From: Candidatus Poribacteria bacterium
GTDB taxonomy: Bacteria > Poribacteria > WGA-4E > PCPOR2b
Reading direction: 5' to 3'
Length of the DNA: 64,000 nucleotides
NCBI GenBank assembly: GCA_965116925.1
Contig: OZ220744.1
Span: forward strand, 3,712,001-3,776,000
The position numbers and the translations under genes were made by a program. The notes beneath the pieces were generated by a model that was not told the origin of the DNA, searched no databases, and was given only the letters and a program-made list of their open reading frames with translations. Within the stretch, counting starts at the first letter, position 1. Each line of letters begins with the position of its first letter. Shown in pieces: positions 1-9,386 of the stretch.

Positions 1-306
1 GGTGGAACACCGTCGTATGTTGCAAGCAAGCACGGTGTCGTCGGGTTGACCAAGGCTTCTGCAATGGAATATGCTGCTGAAGGCATCCGAATCAATGCGG
101 TATGCCCAGGTCATATCAACACGCCAATGATAGAGAGAGGGATGAACGACCCTGAAAGCAAGGCACGGATGCTTGGGAGGCATCCAATCGGACGGATAGG
201 GGATCCAGAAGATGTCGCCCAAGCGGTGATGTGGCTTTTATCGGATGCGGCTTCTTTTGTCACCGGGCACGCTATGTCTGTGGATGGCGGTTGGGTTGCG
301 CGATAA
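1..306 (+). CDS. SDR family oxidoreductase, C-terminal part (5' end outside window)
   Basis: Frame open from base 1: YVASK (YxxxK), GIRINAVCPG, GRIGDPEDVA, ASFVTG..MSVDGG. Confidence 0.9.
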   Translation, partial: GGTPSYVASKHGVVGLTKASAMEYAAEGIRINAVCPGHINTPMIERGMNDPESKARMLGRHPIGRIGDPEDVAQAVMWLLSDAASFVTGHAMSVDGGWVAR

Positions 307-395
307 AGATACTTGCCACATCAAATTGTGCGTTAATCTTGCGAGTGTTTGAAATCTTTTCATCTTGAAATATAAATATGTGTATGTGCGGAAAA

Positions 396-423
396 GTAGG
401 GAACGCAGATCTGCGTTCCCTAC
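396..423. repeat. Perfect 28-bp GTAG-type REP-like palindrome
   Basis: gtagggaacgcagatctgcgttccctac; identical copy at 5124-5151. Confidence 0.85.
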
Positions 424-499
424 TTTGATGGTTGTGCTAACGATGGGGAAGGTGATATAATGGGACGGTACATTAATCATAAATCCCAAGGAGTTATGT

Positions 500-1651
500 A
501 TGGCAGACAAAAATCGTATTACCGTTATCGTCAATGCAGGTGAACACAATAGGGACGGTTGTCCTGTCAGTGTTGATATAGAGAGTCAAGAAATCGAAGC
601 GATCGCGGGTGGACCGGTCACGCTTACGGATCAGGCGAGCGGCGCAGCCATCCCTGCTGATCTCAACAGCGATGGCAAGACCGCGACATTATCATGGATT
701 CTGGATGGACTTCAAGCCCATCAGGAACGATCATATATCCTCTCATCAGGAAGCGTTGAAGGCAGTGACGGTGTTGCATTCAATGAACGTAACGATGCTA
801 TTGATGTCACAATCGACAGCAGAGCATTCACGACCTTCCGCTACGGATCGGATGGATTTCGTCCGTACTTCTTCCCGGTCTTTGGTCCCGGAGGGAACCC
901 GATAACCCGTGGCGAAACCAGTGAAGAATCCAGCGACCACGTCCATCACCGATCACTATACGTGGCCTACGGTGAGGTCAACGATGTAGATGTGTGGGCA
1001 GAGGGCGAAAATTCTGGCAGGGTGGTGCATCAATCCTTTACCGATAAAAGTGGGGGAGAAACGGTCGGCAAAATCTATACCGAAAACGATTGGGTGAACA
1101 GGGCAGGCGAAAAGTTGATGTCAGATCGACAACACTTCCGCATCTACAATACCCCTGAGACGGGAACCATTATCGATCTGGATTTGACCTTGATCGCATC
1201 TGCGGGAGATGTCCATTTCGGTGACACCAAAGAGGGTGGAATTATATCGGTTCGTGTCAATCCGTCGATGAACGCCTCCGATGGCGGAAAGATTGAAAAC
1301 GCTTACGGTGGGATTAACGAAGGCGAGACGTGGGGCAAGCGCGCGCAGTGGTGTGACTATTCGGGGACAGTTGAAGGAACGCCCGTGGGGATCGCTGTAT
1401 TTGACCACACTTCTAACCCGCGCTATCCGACATATTGGCATGTCCGCAACTACGGCTTAATGACAACAAACATTTTCGGGACCGGCACGTTTGAAGGCGA
1501 CCCCAGCAGAGACGGTTCTTACACGATGAAAAGTGGTGAGGAGATGAATTTCCGTTTCCGGGTACTCATCCACGCTGGCGATGCTGCGACGGGTCAGGTT
1601 GCACAGAAATATCACGATTTTATCAATCCACCAACGGTTTCGATTTCATAA
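500..1651 (+). CDS. PmoA-like/DUF6807 family protein (not a true methane monooxygenase)
   Basis: RPYFFPV, DHVHHRSL, FGDTKEGG, WCDYSG and PTYWHVRNYG motifs; SD aaggag. Confidence 0.75.
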   Translation: MADKNRITVIVNAGEHNRDGCPVSVDIESQEIEAIAGGPVTLTDQASGAAIPADLNSDGKTATLSWILDGLQAHQERSYILSSGSVEGSDGVAFNERNDAIDVTIDSRAFTTFRYGSDGFRPYFFPVFGPGGNPITRGETSEESSDHVHHRSLYVAYGEVNDVDVWAEGENSGRVVHQSFTDKSGGETVGKIYTENDWVNRAGEKLMSDRQHFRIYNTPETGTIIDLDLTLIASAGDVHFGDTKEGGIISVRVNPSMNASDGGKIENAYGGINEGETWGKRAQWCDYSGTVEGTPVGIAVFDHTSNPRYPTYWHVRNYGLMTTNIFGTGTFEGDPSRDGSYTMKSGEEMNFRFRVLIHAGDAATGQVAQKYHDFINPPTVSIS

Positions 1652-1759
1652 TCACATCATGCAAACGAAACCGACATTAATGAACAAATGGGTCTCACGT
1701 CCCGATAAATCGCGATCTTCGGAACGAAATTTCACGCATCACGTTTCACGCATCACGTT

Positions 1760-2569
1760 TCACTGGTCAGCCCATGAATTATGCCAGATCAGTTCGTTCT
1801 GCTGTGGATCGTCCAGTAAATCACCAATTGTCAGCGAATTAAAGTAGTCGTCCGGCAGGACATTCTGCTTACCATTAAACGTCGAACCGTCAGGCATAAA
1901 GGCGCACGTCATCGCACGGCGCGGTCGAGTCGTCATGTTTGGTCCCGCGGCATGGGCGGTGAGACCATTATGCCATACAATTGATCCGGCAGGACACGGG
2001 CACGCCTGCGGCTCAATCTCTCGCCATTCGGGATACACCTTGAACAATCCACCCAAGTTCTCTCCAATGCCGACATTGTCGAATCGTGCAACCCGATGCA
2101 CGCCGGGCAGATACCAGAGGCAGCCGTTGGAAAGCGTGATATCGTCCAGTGCCATCCACAAAGATAGAGAATCGCGGGAACTGAACGACCAATAGGGTAC
2201 ATCCAGATGCCAAGCGGTCGGATTCCCGTGGGGTGGCTTAATTAACGCCTGGTCATGCCAGATTCGGATGCCCTCTACGCCCGCCAACGTGGTAGCCATC
2301 CGCCCAATCCGTGGATCGCAAATCAGTTTGTTCATACCTTCATGCGTATCTGCAAGTCGCAGGCACTGTGTGAATACCCTCGCGTAAAAAGCGTCTGGAT
2401 CCATCTGATTTGTCATGAAATCCACAGCACCTCCCAGACGCTCCGCAACGGACTCCTCGGTACATCGGCGCCACTCTTCCAACTCGTCCGCATCAAGAAA
2501 ATCCTCAATAACCAGAAAGCCGTTGGTTTGGTAGGATTCGATCTGTCCTTCTGTGAGCTCATCACGCAT
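1760..2569 (-). CDS. Phytanoyl-CoA dioxygenase (PhyH) family Fe/2-OG dioxygenase
   Basis: YQTNGFLVIEDFL, WHLD (HxD), NGCLWYLPGVH, HAAGPN..RRA. Confidence 0.9.
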   Translation of the reverse strand: MRDELTEGQIESYQTNGFLVIEDFLDADELEEWRRCTEESVAERLGGAVDFMTNQMDPDAFYARVFTQCLRLADTHEGMNKLICDPRIGRMATTLAGVEGIRIWHDQALIKPPHGNPTAWHLDVPYWSFSSRDSLSLWMALDDITLSNGCLWYLPGVHRVARFDNVGIGENLGGLFKVYPEWREIEPQACPCPAGSIVWHNGLTAHAAGPNMTTRPRRAMTCAFMPDGSTFNGKQNVLPDDYFNSLTIGDLLDDPQQNELIWHNSWADQ

Positions 2570-2619
2570 TGCCGCTTGTTCCTCCTCTGTCAGCGATTCT
2601 CAATCTCACCCATTCATCA

Positions 2620-3375
2620 CTATCCCGTTCCACCCTTCACACTCCAGACAGCCCCGGTAGTGTAGGTATTGCGCTCCGAGCAGAGAAACTCAATGACTTC
2701 TGCCAACTCCTCCGCGTCTGAGTACCGCCCGACTGGGGTTCCTGGATTGGCGAGAAATTCAGCGGAGAAGCGTGGGACAACCATCTCCGTAAGCGCACGC
2801 CCCGGTTCCACACCGTTCACAAATACCCCCTGTTTGGGATACGCATTGCCAAGTGCACCAATAAACGAGAATACTGCTCCCTTAGAGACACCGTACGGGA
2901 CTTGGTTCGTTGCGCCGTTACGCGCCCCGGAGGAGATTGTCACACACCGTCCCCAATTTCGCTCTAACATGTGAGGGATGGCTGCCTGATGGGCGTGGTA
3001 AACACCGTAGATATTAATCCGCATAACTTTATCGAACTGCTCGATAGATTGTTGGTGGAACGGTGCCTCTATCCCCAGAATCCCGGCGCAGCAGACGAGA
3101 ATGTCCAAACGCCCAAAGGTTTTGACCGTTTGATCGACCATTGCTTGAACGGCAGCGAAATCAGTCACGTCCGTTTTTATAAACAGGGCACGCTGTCCCA
3201 TCTGTTCGATCTCTTTGACCAAACCGGCGGCTTCCTCTTCGAGGATATCCGCTATGACAATATCCCGCCCTTCCTCTGCAATCCGAAGGGCAGACGCTCC
3301 ACCGATACCTCGAGCCCCGCCAGTAATTACTGCCACCCGTTTTTCTTTAGGTGCTGCAAAACGCAGATTCGGCAT
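2620..3375 (-). CDS. SDR family oxidoreductase
   Basis: TGGARGIG, GRLDILV, YGVSK (YxxxK), VNGVEPG. Confidence 0.9.
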   Translation of the reverse strand: MPNLRFAAPKEKRVAVITGGARGIGGASALRIAEEGRDIVIADILEEEAAGLVKEIEQMGQRALFIKTDVTDFAAVQAMVDQTVKTFGRLDILVCCAGILGIEAPFHQQSIEQFDKVMRINIYGVYHAHQAAIPHMLERNWGRCVTISSGARNGATNQVPYGVSKGAVFSFIGALGNAYPKQGVFVNGVEPGRALTEMVVPRFSAEFLANPGTPVGRYSDAEELAEVIEFLCSERNTYTTGAVWSVKGGTG

Positions 3376-3637
3376 AGACCAATCCTCCTAAATCGACACT
3401 CACCTTCCAAAGCTGCCAAATCACCGTGATAACTGAGGTGTGTTGATATTTGATAGTCTGTAGGTTGGGTTGAACGGTAAAAGCGAATCCCTATCAATGA
3501 CAATAGAACCGACGCTTTTCAACGATACCCGCTTATAGATAGATTGAGTGAAACCCAACACCATACCGTAGGTTGAAGGTAGTAGACATACTCCGTATGC
3601 CGCAACTGCCCACTCCTCCCGTTCGATTTGATACTTA

Positions 3638-3791
3638 TAGGACTTACGCAGTTGAACGCTGCGGTTTTGTAGTTTGAGGCTTCAGTGCCAATGCGGGGCA
3701 AGATGCCCCGCCTACGATGGGTATGGATTCTGCTCATGCCCCGATACGCCCGATGAATCGGGCAACTACAATATGATGTGCGTAAGTCCTG
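3638..3791. mobile_element. MITE family B (TIR [ct]aggacttacgca...tgcgtaagtcct[ag])
   Basis: 13-bp TIRs with actta repeated on both flanks (3633-3637, 3792-3796). Other copies at 5106-5269 and 41010-41131; single ends at 43599 and about 45378-45391. Confidence 0.75.
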
Positions 3792-3793
3792 AC

Positions 3794-4675
3794 TTAATAA
3801 GACAAATCAAGATAGTTCACAATCTCAGCGCAAAAATCGACAATATCCCCGAGATCGTTCTGGATCACATCGTAAACTATACGCAGATTAACTCCAGGGT
3901 AATGATGGACAATGACATTCCGCATCCTGACAGATTGGCTAATTTTTTCTGCTAGTTCCTGTGGTATAATCCCATTCTTGGCGAGCATTTCAATCGCTTC
4001 AGGACGGCTATTAGGCGATCCTAGATTAGCACCGGTGACAACGTGCATCGCAATGTCGCTGATTGCCTCCAACATCGTTTGAAGTTCGTATAATGACGCA
4101 TCTACTGCCTGAAAGTCTTCAGCGAATTCCTCAAAACCCTTCCCCTGCTGATTCTGTAAACGATTCAGCATCTCTTGGACATAATTCACTAAATGTTCGA
4201 CGCGTCCCCGGTCTATCATGTCCTTCCCCTTTTTTAACATCTGCCTCGTTTTTGCACGCTCCATCAAGTAATCGTGACCAATCTGTTGCCACGGTTCTTC
4301 ATCCATCTGTTTTTCAAAGATACCCATCTCAAACCGAATATGCTCGTGTGGATCGGCACAAAAGGCAAGTTGTCCCGTCCGCAGAATTTCATAGGCAAAA
4401 TGCGTTGGTACTCCGTCCAAATTCACAACATCAACTTCAACGTCTCCCAAGACTTGACACAGATTTTCCACTAGCCTCCCGATAATCTCTAGATGGTTCG
4501 ACGCGTCCGTTTCACCAAATAGGAGTGCCACGTCGACATCGCTTTCCGCCCAAACCTTCCCTGTTGTATGAGATCCGAAAAGGTAGGCTGCAACAACTGG
4601 TGGACTTGCATCAGCAACAACGGCTTTGATTGCTTGTTCAATAGAAGCCTGCGAAATTTGCATAGTGCCAATCAT
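3794..4675 (-). CDS. Fused MNT nucleotidyltransferase (MntA-like) + HEPN/DUF86 RNase (HepT-like)
   Basis: N-terminal GS-X10-DVD (FGSHTTGKVWAESDVD) and C-terminal R-X4-H-X-Y (RNVIVHHY) in one open frame. Confidence 0.85.
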   Translation of the reverse strand: MIGTMQISQASIEQAIKAVVADASPPVVAAYLFGSHTTGKVWAESDVDVALLFGETDASNHLEIIGRLVENLCQVLGDVEVDVVNLDGVPTHFAYEILRTGQLAFCADPHEHIRFEMGIFEKQMDEEPWQQIGHDYLMERAKTRQMLKKGKDMIDRGRVEHLVNYVQEMLNRLQNQQGKGFEEFAEDFQAVDASLYELQTMLEAISDIAMHVVTGANLGSPNSRPEAIEMLAKNGIIPQELAEKISQSVRMRNVIVHHYPGVNLRIVYDVIQNDLGDIVDFCAEIVNYLDLSY

Positions 4676-4699
4676 AACCTTTCAACGAATAAGATATCT

Positions 4700-4730
4700 A
4701 TAGAATATTCTATGCCAGAGAAAATGTCAA
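4700..4730 (-). promoter_or_regulatory. Sigma70-like promoter of the MNT-HEPN gene with an overlapping palindrome
   Basis: Minus strand TTGACA-17-TATTCT; palindrome atagaatattctat (4700-4713) covers the -10. Confidence 0.55.
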
Positions 4731-4808
4731 GTTCGCTTTCCGCTTCACTTGCCCCCAGTTTTCTCTGAGGAGCTATGTTCATTGGTATTGTGAGGGATAT
4801 ATGTGAGA

Positions 4809-4926
4809 GGCTCATGTAAAAACGGAGTGCAATTACGATGAACGCGTTGACGGCGGGGAAACCAGATGCCCCGCCTACGGTTTTTGAGGTAAGTCAATGC
4901 TTTTGCACTAATTCTTAACATGAACC
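4809..4926. mobile_element. MITE family A, divergent copy
   Basis: Ends ggctcatgtaaaaa...cttaacatgaacc; interior differs from other copies; no TSD. Confidence 0.6.
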
Positions 4927-5105
4927 AAAAAGGTTACGTTTCGCCTGCGAAAATCAAATTTTCCCAATTTTCCCGCGCAAATGGGAAAATTGTCCCTATT
5001 TCAGCATGAAACGTTTCGTCATGCCCACCAATCGTATTACGAACAGTTACAAACAATTACATTTCATCTTATCGTTGGGATTCTTATTGTTGATTGCAGA
5101 TTGGG

Positions 5106-5269
5106 CAGGAGTTACGCACTTCCGTAGGGAACGCAGATCTGCGTTCCCTACGAACTCCTTGATGGTGACCCCACTGTAGTTGCCCGCTTCATCAGGTGTT
5201 GGACATTGTGTTCTGCGGCGATAAATCGCCGAACTACAGGATTTTGAGCACTCAACTGCGTAAGTCCTA
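5106..5269. mobile_element. MITE family B copy carrying REP-like palindromes
   Basis: caggagttacgca...tgcgtaagtccta; interior includes the 28-bp palindrome and gtagttgcccgcttcatcagg. Confidence 0.65.
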
Positions 5270-5272
5270 GGC

Positions 5273-8233
5273 CTATTTACTACCGCGTATAGAAGGCTCT
5301 TGGCTTAACTTCATTCGGAGTAACTCAAGTGGGCCGCCAGATGTGAGAATTGGCTCTGGCAATCTTAATACATTTCTTGCAAACGCTTCGTCTAATTCCT
5401 TCCGGACAGGATCTCTATCAATTTCATGTAGGGGCAAAAGTGGCTGTGCACTCATAGCATCAAATAGCTTCACAGCCTCAGCGAGCAACTTTGGTTCAAG
5501 GTCCGTTACGTCGAGAATGGGTAAAGTGTGCAGCATTTTTTTACCTATACGCCCTCTTCCCGCCTGTTGCTTATTGCCATGCCACCAATGTAACAACAAA
5601 CCCAGCGACGTGTTTGCCCATAAAACGAGAGCCTTTTCCTGATCAACGGATGAAAGACTAATCGACAACCATGCAGTGCCACCGATGGTTTTCCGGGGTG
5701 TGAACTGCATCCCTGTTGATTGGCTGTTGAACTGGAAATCGCGGTTGAAATGGCAATGTGATGCGGTATCCCAAATACTTTTCACTTTAAGATCCACTAT
5801 AGCTTGTTCCTCTGGTGTGGATACTTGTCGTGGAACCCCCTCACTATCTCCCTCAAACGACAAGGTTCGCTCACGTTCTGCATCGTGAGACCAAAGTACG
5901 GGGTAGGTTGGCACACTATTGGAGGTAATTGGAAAAATATCGAACGGCCCTCTGATGCCTCCTGTCGCTGTATTATGGTTAATGTCCGCATGATAGGGGC
6001 CAATTTCTCCGATTTTCGCTACCGTTGTCAGAGGTATATCAACAATCTCTGACTTATCCATGGTGGGCAACCAGATGCTTTTTTTATTTATCAGTTGATA
6101 CGCCGTTTGAGCCAGGGAAAGATCCGCAATACGCGATAAATTCCAACCGCCAGAAACTGGTAAAGGAGCGTCCAACGCTTGACCAATCACCTCATCGCCC
6201 ACACGAAGAGAAGTACCGTTTACTGGACCATCTTCAAGGCGGCGGAGATTCTTACTCTCTATCAACCGACGGATCTGTTCAGCTACAATCACTCCAAGCA
6301 ACGGAAATTGTGGTCGTTTGTTCAGTATTATAAACGTTGCTCTTGTACTTCCTGTCTCAGACTTACTTCCGATAATCAGGCATTCCCCCATATGTGTATC
6401 GGCTGAAAACGATAGATCTGCACTAGCGGCCCCCGCTATAGAAATTATTACAAGATTACTGTAATGCTTAGCCAAAAGAGCCCGGGACTTCTCCCAAGCC
6501 TCACCTGAAATGAGACTGAGAGGCATGACTAAAGCCAATACGCCACCTAACTTCAGCTTACGGTCAGCAAGGACTAAAAAAATTGAAGCTTCCCCAGCAT
6601 TACCGTGAGCACTGCTTCCTTTCGTTAAATGTTTCGTAGCTTTGCTCATCAACCGTTGTTCCTCATCACTTGAACTGAAGGCAGCAAACATCGGATTGGG
6701 AACACCAATCTTTTCACCCTCATGTCCAGTGGGACGGGTAAAAGGCGGATTCATGATTGCTACGTCAAAAGACGCATGAGGAAGGGAACGCCAAGTATCC
6801 TGCTCAGCCTCTCCCATACCCTCTATAGTTTTCGCAGTAATGGAGAGGATTTCAAACCTTCCTTGAGGTTCCAGCAGGTCCAACGATCCAAGCGCGACCT
6901 CATCATTAGGTTGCTTACCATAAGCCACAGTTAGTATGGAGCTCTGTTTATACTTCACGCTTGGGTGTGCCCCCGCTAGCATTGATGCTGTTAGATGTGT
7001 TGCTGCTGGCAGAACATCACAGCCAACAAGGGCAGTTGCCATCATGTCAGGGTGAAGTGCTTTAGCATCGCCACCGGCTAATTCGTGTAATTGACTTATA
7101 CGCTGATAGGCAGTCGAAAGCAGTGTTCCTGTCCCACATGCAAAATCAGCGATGCGAAGTGTTTTCACATCAGCCGCGCTCGACCATGATTTACTTTTTA
7201 GTGGTGTATCTGGGGTAATAGCCAACCCAACCAGTAACGCCGCTGCCCCCGGCGTCGTGTAGTAAGCCGCAAGGAATTTTCGATCGGCAATGAGGCGTTG
7301 GAAAACAGCACCAGTCAAATCATGAGAACGCATCAATCGCGCCTGTAAGAGTTCGTCAGCCGTTTCAGCTAGACCCTCAATAAGCAGCTGGCTCTCTGCT
7401 GTTGGAATCACTTCAAGTATACGGCGAGCAATGTCGAAAATAGGCCAGTAATTAACTTGGAGTATCTTTCGCCACTCAGTCAGAACAGCAGACTTGGTTA
7501 GGCCCCTGTTTGAACCTCGCAGTTGTTCAAGCGAATTAACGCTTGCTAATTCATCTGGGCCACCCGCTAGATTCTCTTGAAACACAAAGGCGTTAGCTAA
7601 AATTGTTGCGGCCATACGTCGTGTCTGGTCACTGTCTGCCTGCCGCAATTCTTTACCTATCCTACGAATCGCTCCCGGATGTTCTTCAAGCATTTCCTTT
7701 AGTAAGCCAGCCGCCTCACTAACCCCGGTAACTAATTGATCTGCAGCTTTTTCGATAACTTCAGGTGGAACTGACGCATACTGCACAAGAATTGAGAGAT
7801 CAGAGACACGCCCAAGAATCCAACCAGAGCGCGGCCAACGAGAATGTGCAGACGGATCACTACCAGTATAAAGTGCCATTTCTATATCACTCGCATTTTC
7901 TAATTCGCTCTGTAAAAATGATCCCTCCTTTGTTCTCAGCCTCCGGGGCAAGCGTACGGCAATAGATGATAAAATTTTCCTTCCCGTACCGCGCATCTGT
8001 TTCCCAAGACGTAATATTGCGTCCGATTCAACAGTAGGTGCCGGCAAGACCTCAGTTTCAATCACTACAGGAGAAACATTGGATTCTGTAACTAAAATAT
8101 CAGGCCGTTCATTACTGCCTTTCAACATACCAGTGTTTTCTGAACGAATAACATCAGTTTGGTGCCAAGCGCGACGGGTTCCTCTCAATACTACGGCAAG
8201 AGTATCATTAATTGTATGTTCAGTCGTTGCCAT
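5273..8233 (-). CDS. Type IIG-like restriction-modification fusion (nuclease-like N-terminus, N6-adenine MTase, TRD)
   Basis: AAYYT, motif I DFACGTG and motif IV MNPPF in gamma order; N-terminal RPDILV...VIETE resembles PD-(D/E)xK; SD aaggag before ATG 8233. Confidence 0.75.
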   Translation of the reverse strand: MATTEHTINDTLAVVLRGTRRAWHQTDVIRSENTGMLKGSNERPDILVTESNVSPVVIETEVLPAPTVESDAILRLGKQMRGTGRKILSSIAVRLPRRLRTKEGSFLQSELENASDIEMALYTGSDPSAHSRWPRSGWILGRVSDLSILVQYASVPPEVIEKAADQLVTGVSEAAGLLKEMLEEHPGAIRRIGKELRQADSDQTRRMAATILANAFVFQENLAGGPDELASVNSLEQLRGSNRGLTKSAVLTEWRKILQVNYWPIFDIARRILEVIPTAESQLLIEGLAETADELLQARLMRSHDLTGAVFQRLIADRKFLAAYYTTPGAAALLVGLAITPDTPLKSKSWSSAADVKTLRIADFACGTGTLLSTAYQRISQLHELAGGDAKALHPDMMATALVGCDVLPAATHLTASMLAGAHPSVKYKQSSILTVAYGKQPNDEVALGSLDLLEPQGRFEILSITAKTIEGMGEAEQDTWRSLPHASFDVAIMNPPFTRPTGHEGEKIGVPNPMFAAFSSSDEEQRLMSKATKHLTKGSSAHGNAGEASIFLVLADRKLKLGGVLALVMPLSLISGEAWEKSRALLAKHYSNLVIISIAGAASADLSFSADTHMGECLIIGSKSETGSTRATFIILNKRPQFPLLGVIVAEQIRRLIESKNLRRLEDGPVNGTSLRVGDEVIGQALDAPLPVSGGWNLSRIADLSLAQTAYQLINKKSIWLPTMDKSEIVDIPLTTVAKIGEIGPYHADINHNTATGGIRGPFDIFPITSNSVPTYPVLWSHDAERERTLSFEGDSEGVPRQVSTPEEQAIVDLKVKSIWDTASHCHFNRDFQFNSQSTGMQFTPRKTIGGTAWLSISLSSVDQEKALVLWANTSLGLLLHWWHGNKQQAGRGRIGKKMLHTLPILDVTDLEPKLLAEAVKLFDAMSAQPLLPLHEIDRDPVRKELDEAFARNVLRLPEPILTSGGPLELLRMKLSQEPSIRGSK

Positions 8234-8371
8234 GATTCTCCTTTTCAACTGCGCTGGCAGTCGTCCACATCAGTTTCAGTCAATGTTTCCGCGATATTCC
8301 GAATTGAGACTGTTAAGATCCGTGCTATGACTGGATCTCTATTTTCAGATTTTGCCCGATTTTAGGTAAAC

Positions 8372-8399
8372 ATATCCGATAAGGATTATTATCGGACTA
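8372..8399. other. dif-like (11-6-11) tyrosine-recombinase-type site
   Basis: atatccgataa-ggatta-ttatcggacta: inverted arms ending TAA/TTA around a 6-bp spacer. Confidence 0.45.
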
Positions 8400-8463
8400 T
8401 TTCTATCTACCTCACAAGAAAAGCCTAACTGGGAGGGTTTTACCTAGAAATAGAGTTAGATTC

Positions 8464-9246
8464 TTACTCTATTCGTATATTTTCTGGTGTTAAACCTTGC
8501 ACTTTTTCTATGAAGTTTGTTACCTCATTTACTGTTGGGTTGTCCCCCGCATGTTCAATGGCATTGCGTAGTTTTTTTAGCTCATTACCAATGAGATCAC
8601 ATTTTATATCATCATGACATACTCCTTTTATTGTGGCGATTTCGTCACGATACCCTCCTCGTTTTTCCCAATTCCTGTATATTTGTGTGATTGCTACAGC
8701 GGGGGCTTCTTGTTGGCTTCTTGGATAAGGTTGATTTTGTATTATTTTGTGCATTGTTTCTTCTGATCTCTTGCACATCTTTTTGAAGTCGCCGAGTATT
8801 GCTATGATTGGGTTATCATCAACTTTTATTTCTAGCCTTGTTTGTGTTGGCGTTATATTTCTAAAGAGCGCTGAGAACGTGGGGGATATTGCTTTCACTT
8901 CTCGGCATAAAACTTCAATTCTTTCCATTCTATCATTTGATTCAGGTCTGATAAATCTAATAAGTGTTTCCTGTGACAATCCTAGATTCTCCATGATTCT
9001 ATTGAATGTCGTGGACTTTCCTTCTCGGATTATGTCCAGTGCCGCGCTTATAAAATGGCGGTAATCTGATAAGTCAGTTGATTCCCATGCTTGTGTTGTA
9101 TTACTTGGATATATTATGCCGATTGGCTCTCCTTCATATTCCATGAGCTTTTCTTCTAATTCTGAAACGGTTATAATTTCTGTTGGTGGATGTCTTATAT
9201 CATCTATCTCATTGAATATATCTTTTACCCTTTGTTTAATAGTCAT
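8464..9246 (-). CDS. AT-rich hypothetical protein with C-terminal HEPN-like motif
   Basis: 260 aa; LKKLRNAIEH matches R-X4-H. Confidence 0.6.
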   Translation of the reverse strand: MTIKQRVKDIFNEIDDIRHPPTEIITVSELEEKLMEYEGEPIGIIYPSNTTQAWESTDLSDYRHFISAALDIIREGKSTTFNRIMENLGLSQETLIRFIRPESNDRMERIEVLCREVKAISPTFSALFRNITPTQTRLEIKVDDNPIIAILGDFKKMCKRSEETMHKIIQNQPYPRSQQEAPAVAITQIYRNWEKRGGYRDEIATIKGVCHDDIKCDLIGNELKKLRNAIEHAGDNPTVNEVTNFIEKVQGLTPENIRIE

Positions 9247-9262
9247 TTGAGTTCCCTTTCAA

Positions 9263-9330
9263 ATCCCTATCTCTTGAAGTTTCGCCACAAGGGAGGCGTG
9301 GGGAGGTGTGCCTCCGTTGGGGCTTTTATC
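9263..9330. repeat. 68-bp intergenic direct repeat, copy 1
   Basis: Aligns without gaps to 10237-10304 with 8 mismatches; 29-bp identical core ccacaagggaggcgtggggaggtgtgcct. Confidence 0.9.
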
Positions 9331-9386
9331 GCCCATCAAGCTCACAAGTCCCACACGGGTTATCATTTATTTATAAGCGCGTCAGT

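Noticed and set aside
500..1651. Methane monooxygenase subunit
   Set aside because: The PmoA label of this family is misleading; the protein is soluble and there are no pmoB/pmoC genes.
1730..1763. Heptamer tandem repeat tcacg(ca/tt)
   Set aside because: A short simple repeat at a convergent gene end; no spacers, so not CRISPR.
5006..5110. Short signal-peptide-like reading frame running into a MITE
   Set aside because: Too short and without recognisable homology; may be a gene remnant but cannot be supported.
9270..9386. Possible hammerhead ribozyme on the minus strand (ctgacg...cgaaac)
   Set aside because: The core is CUGACGC rather than CUGANGA, and the three stems could not be formed.
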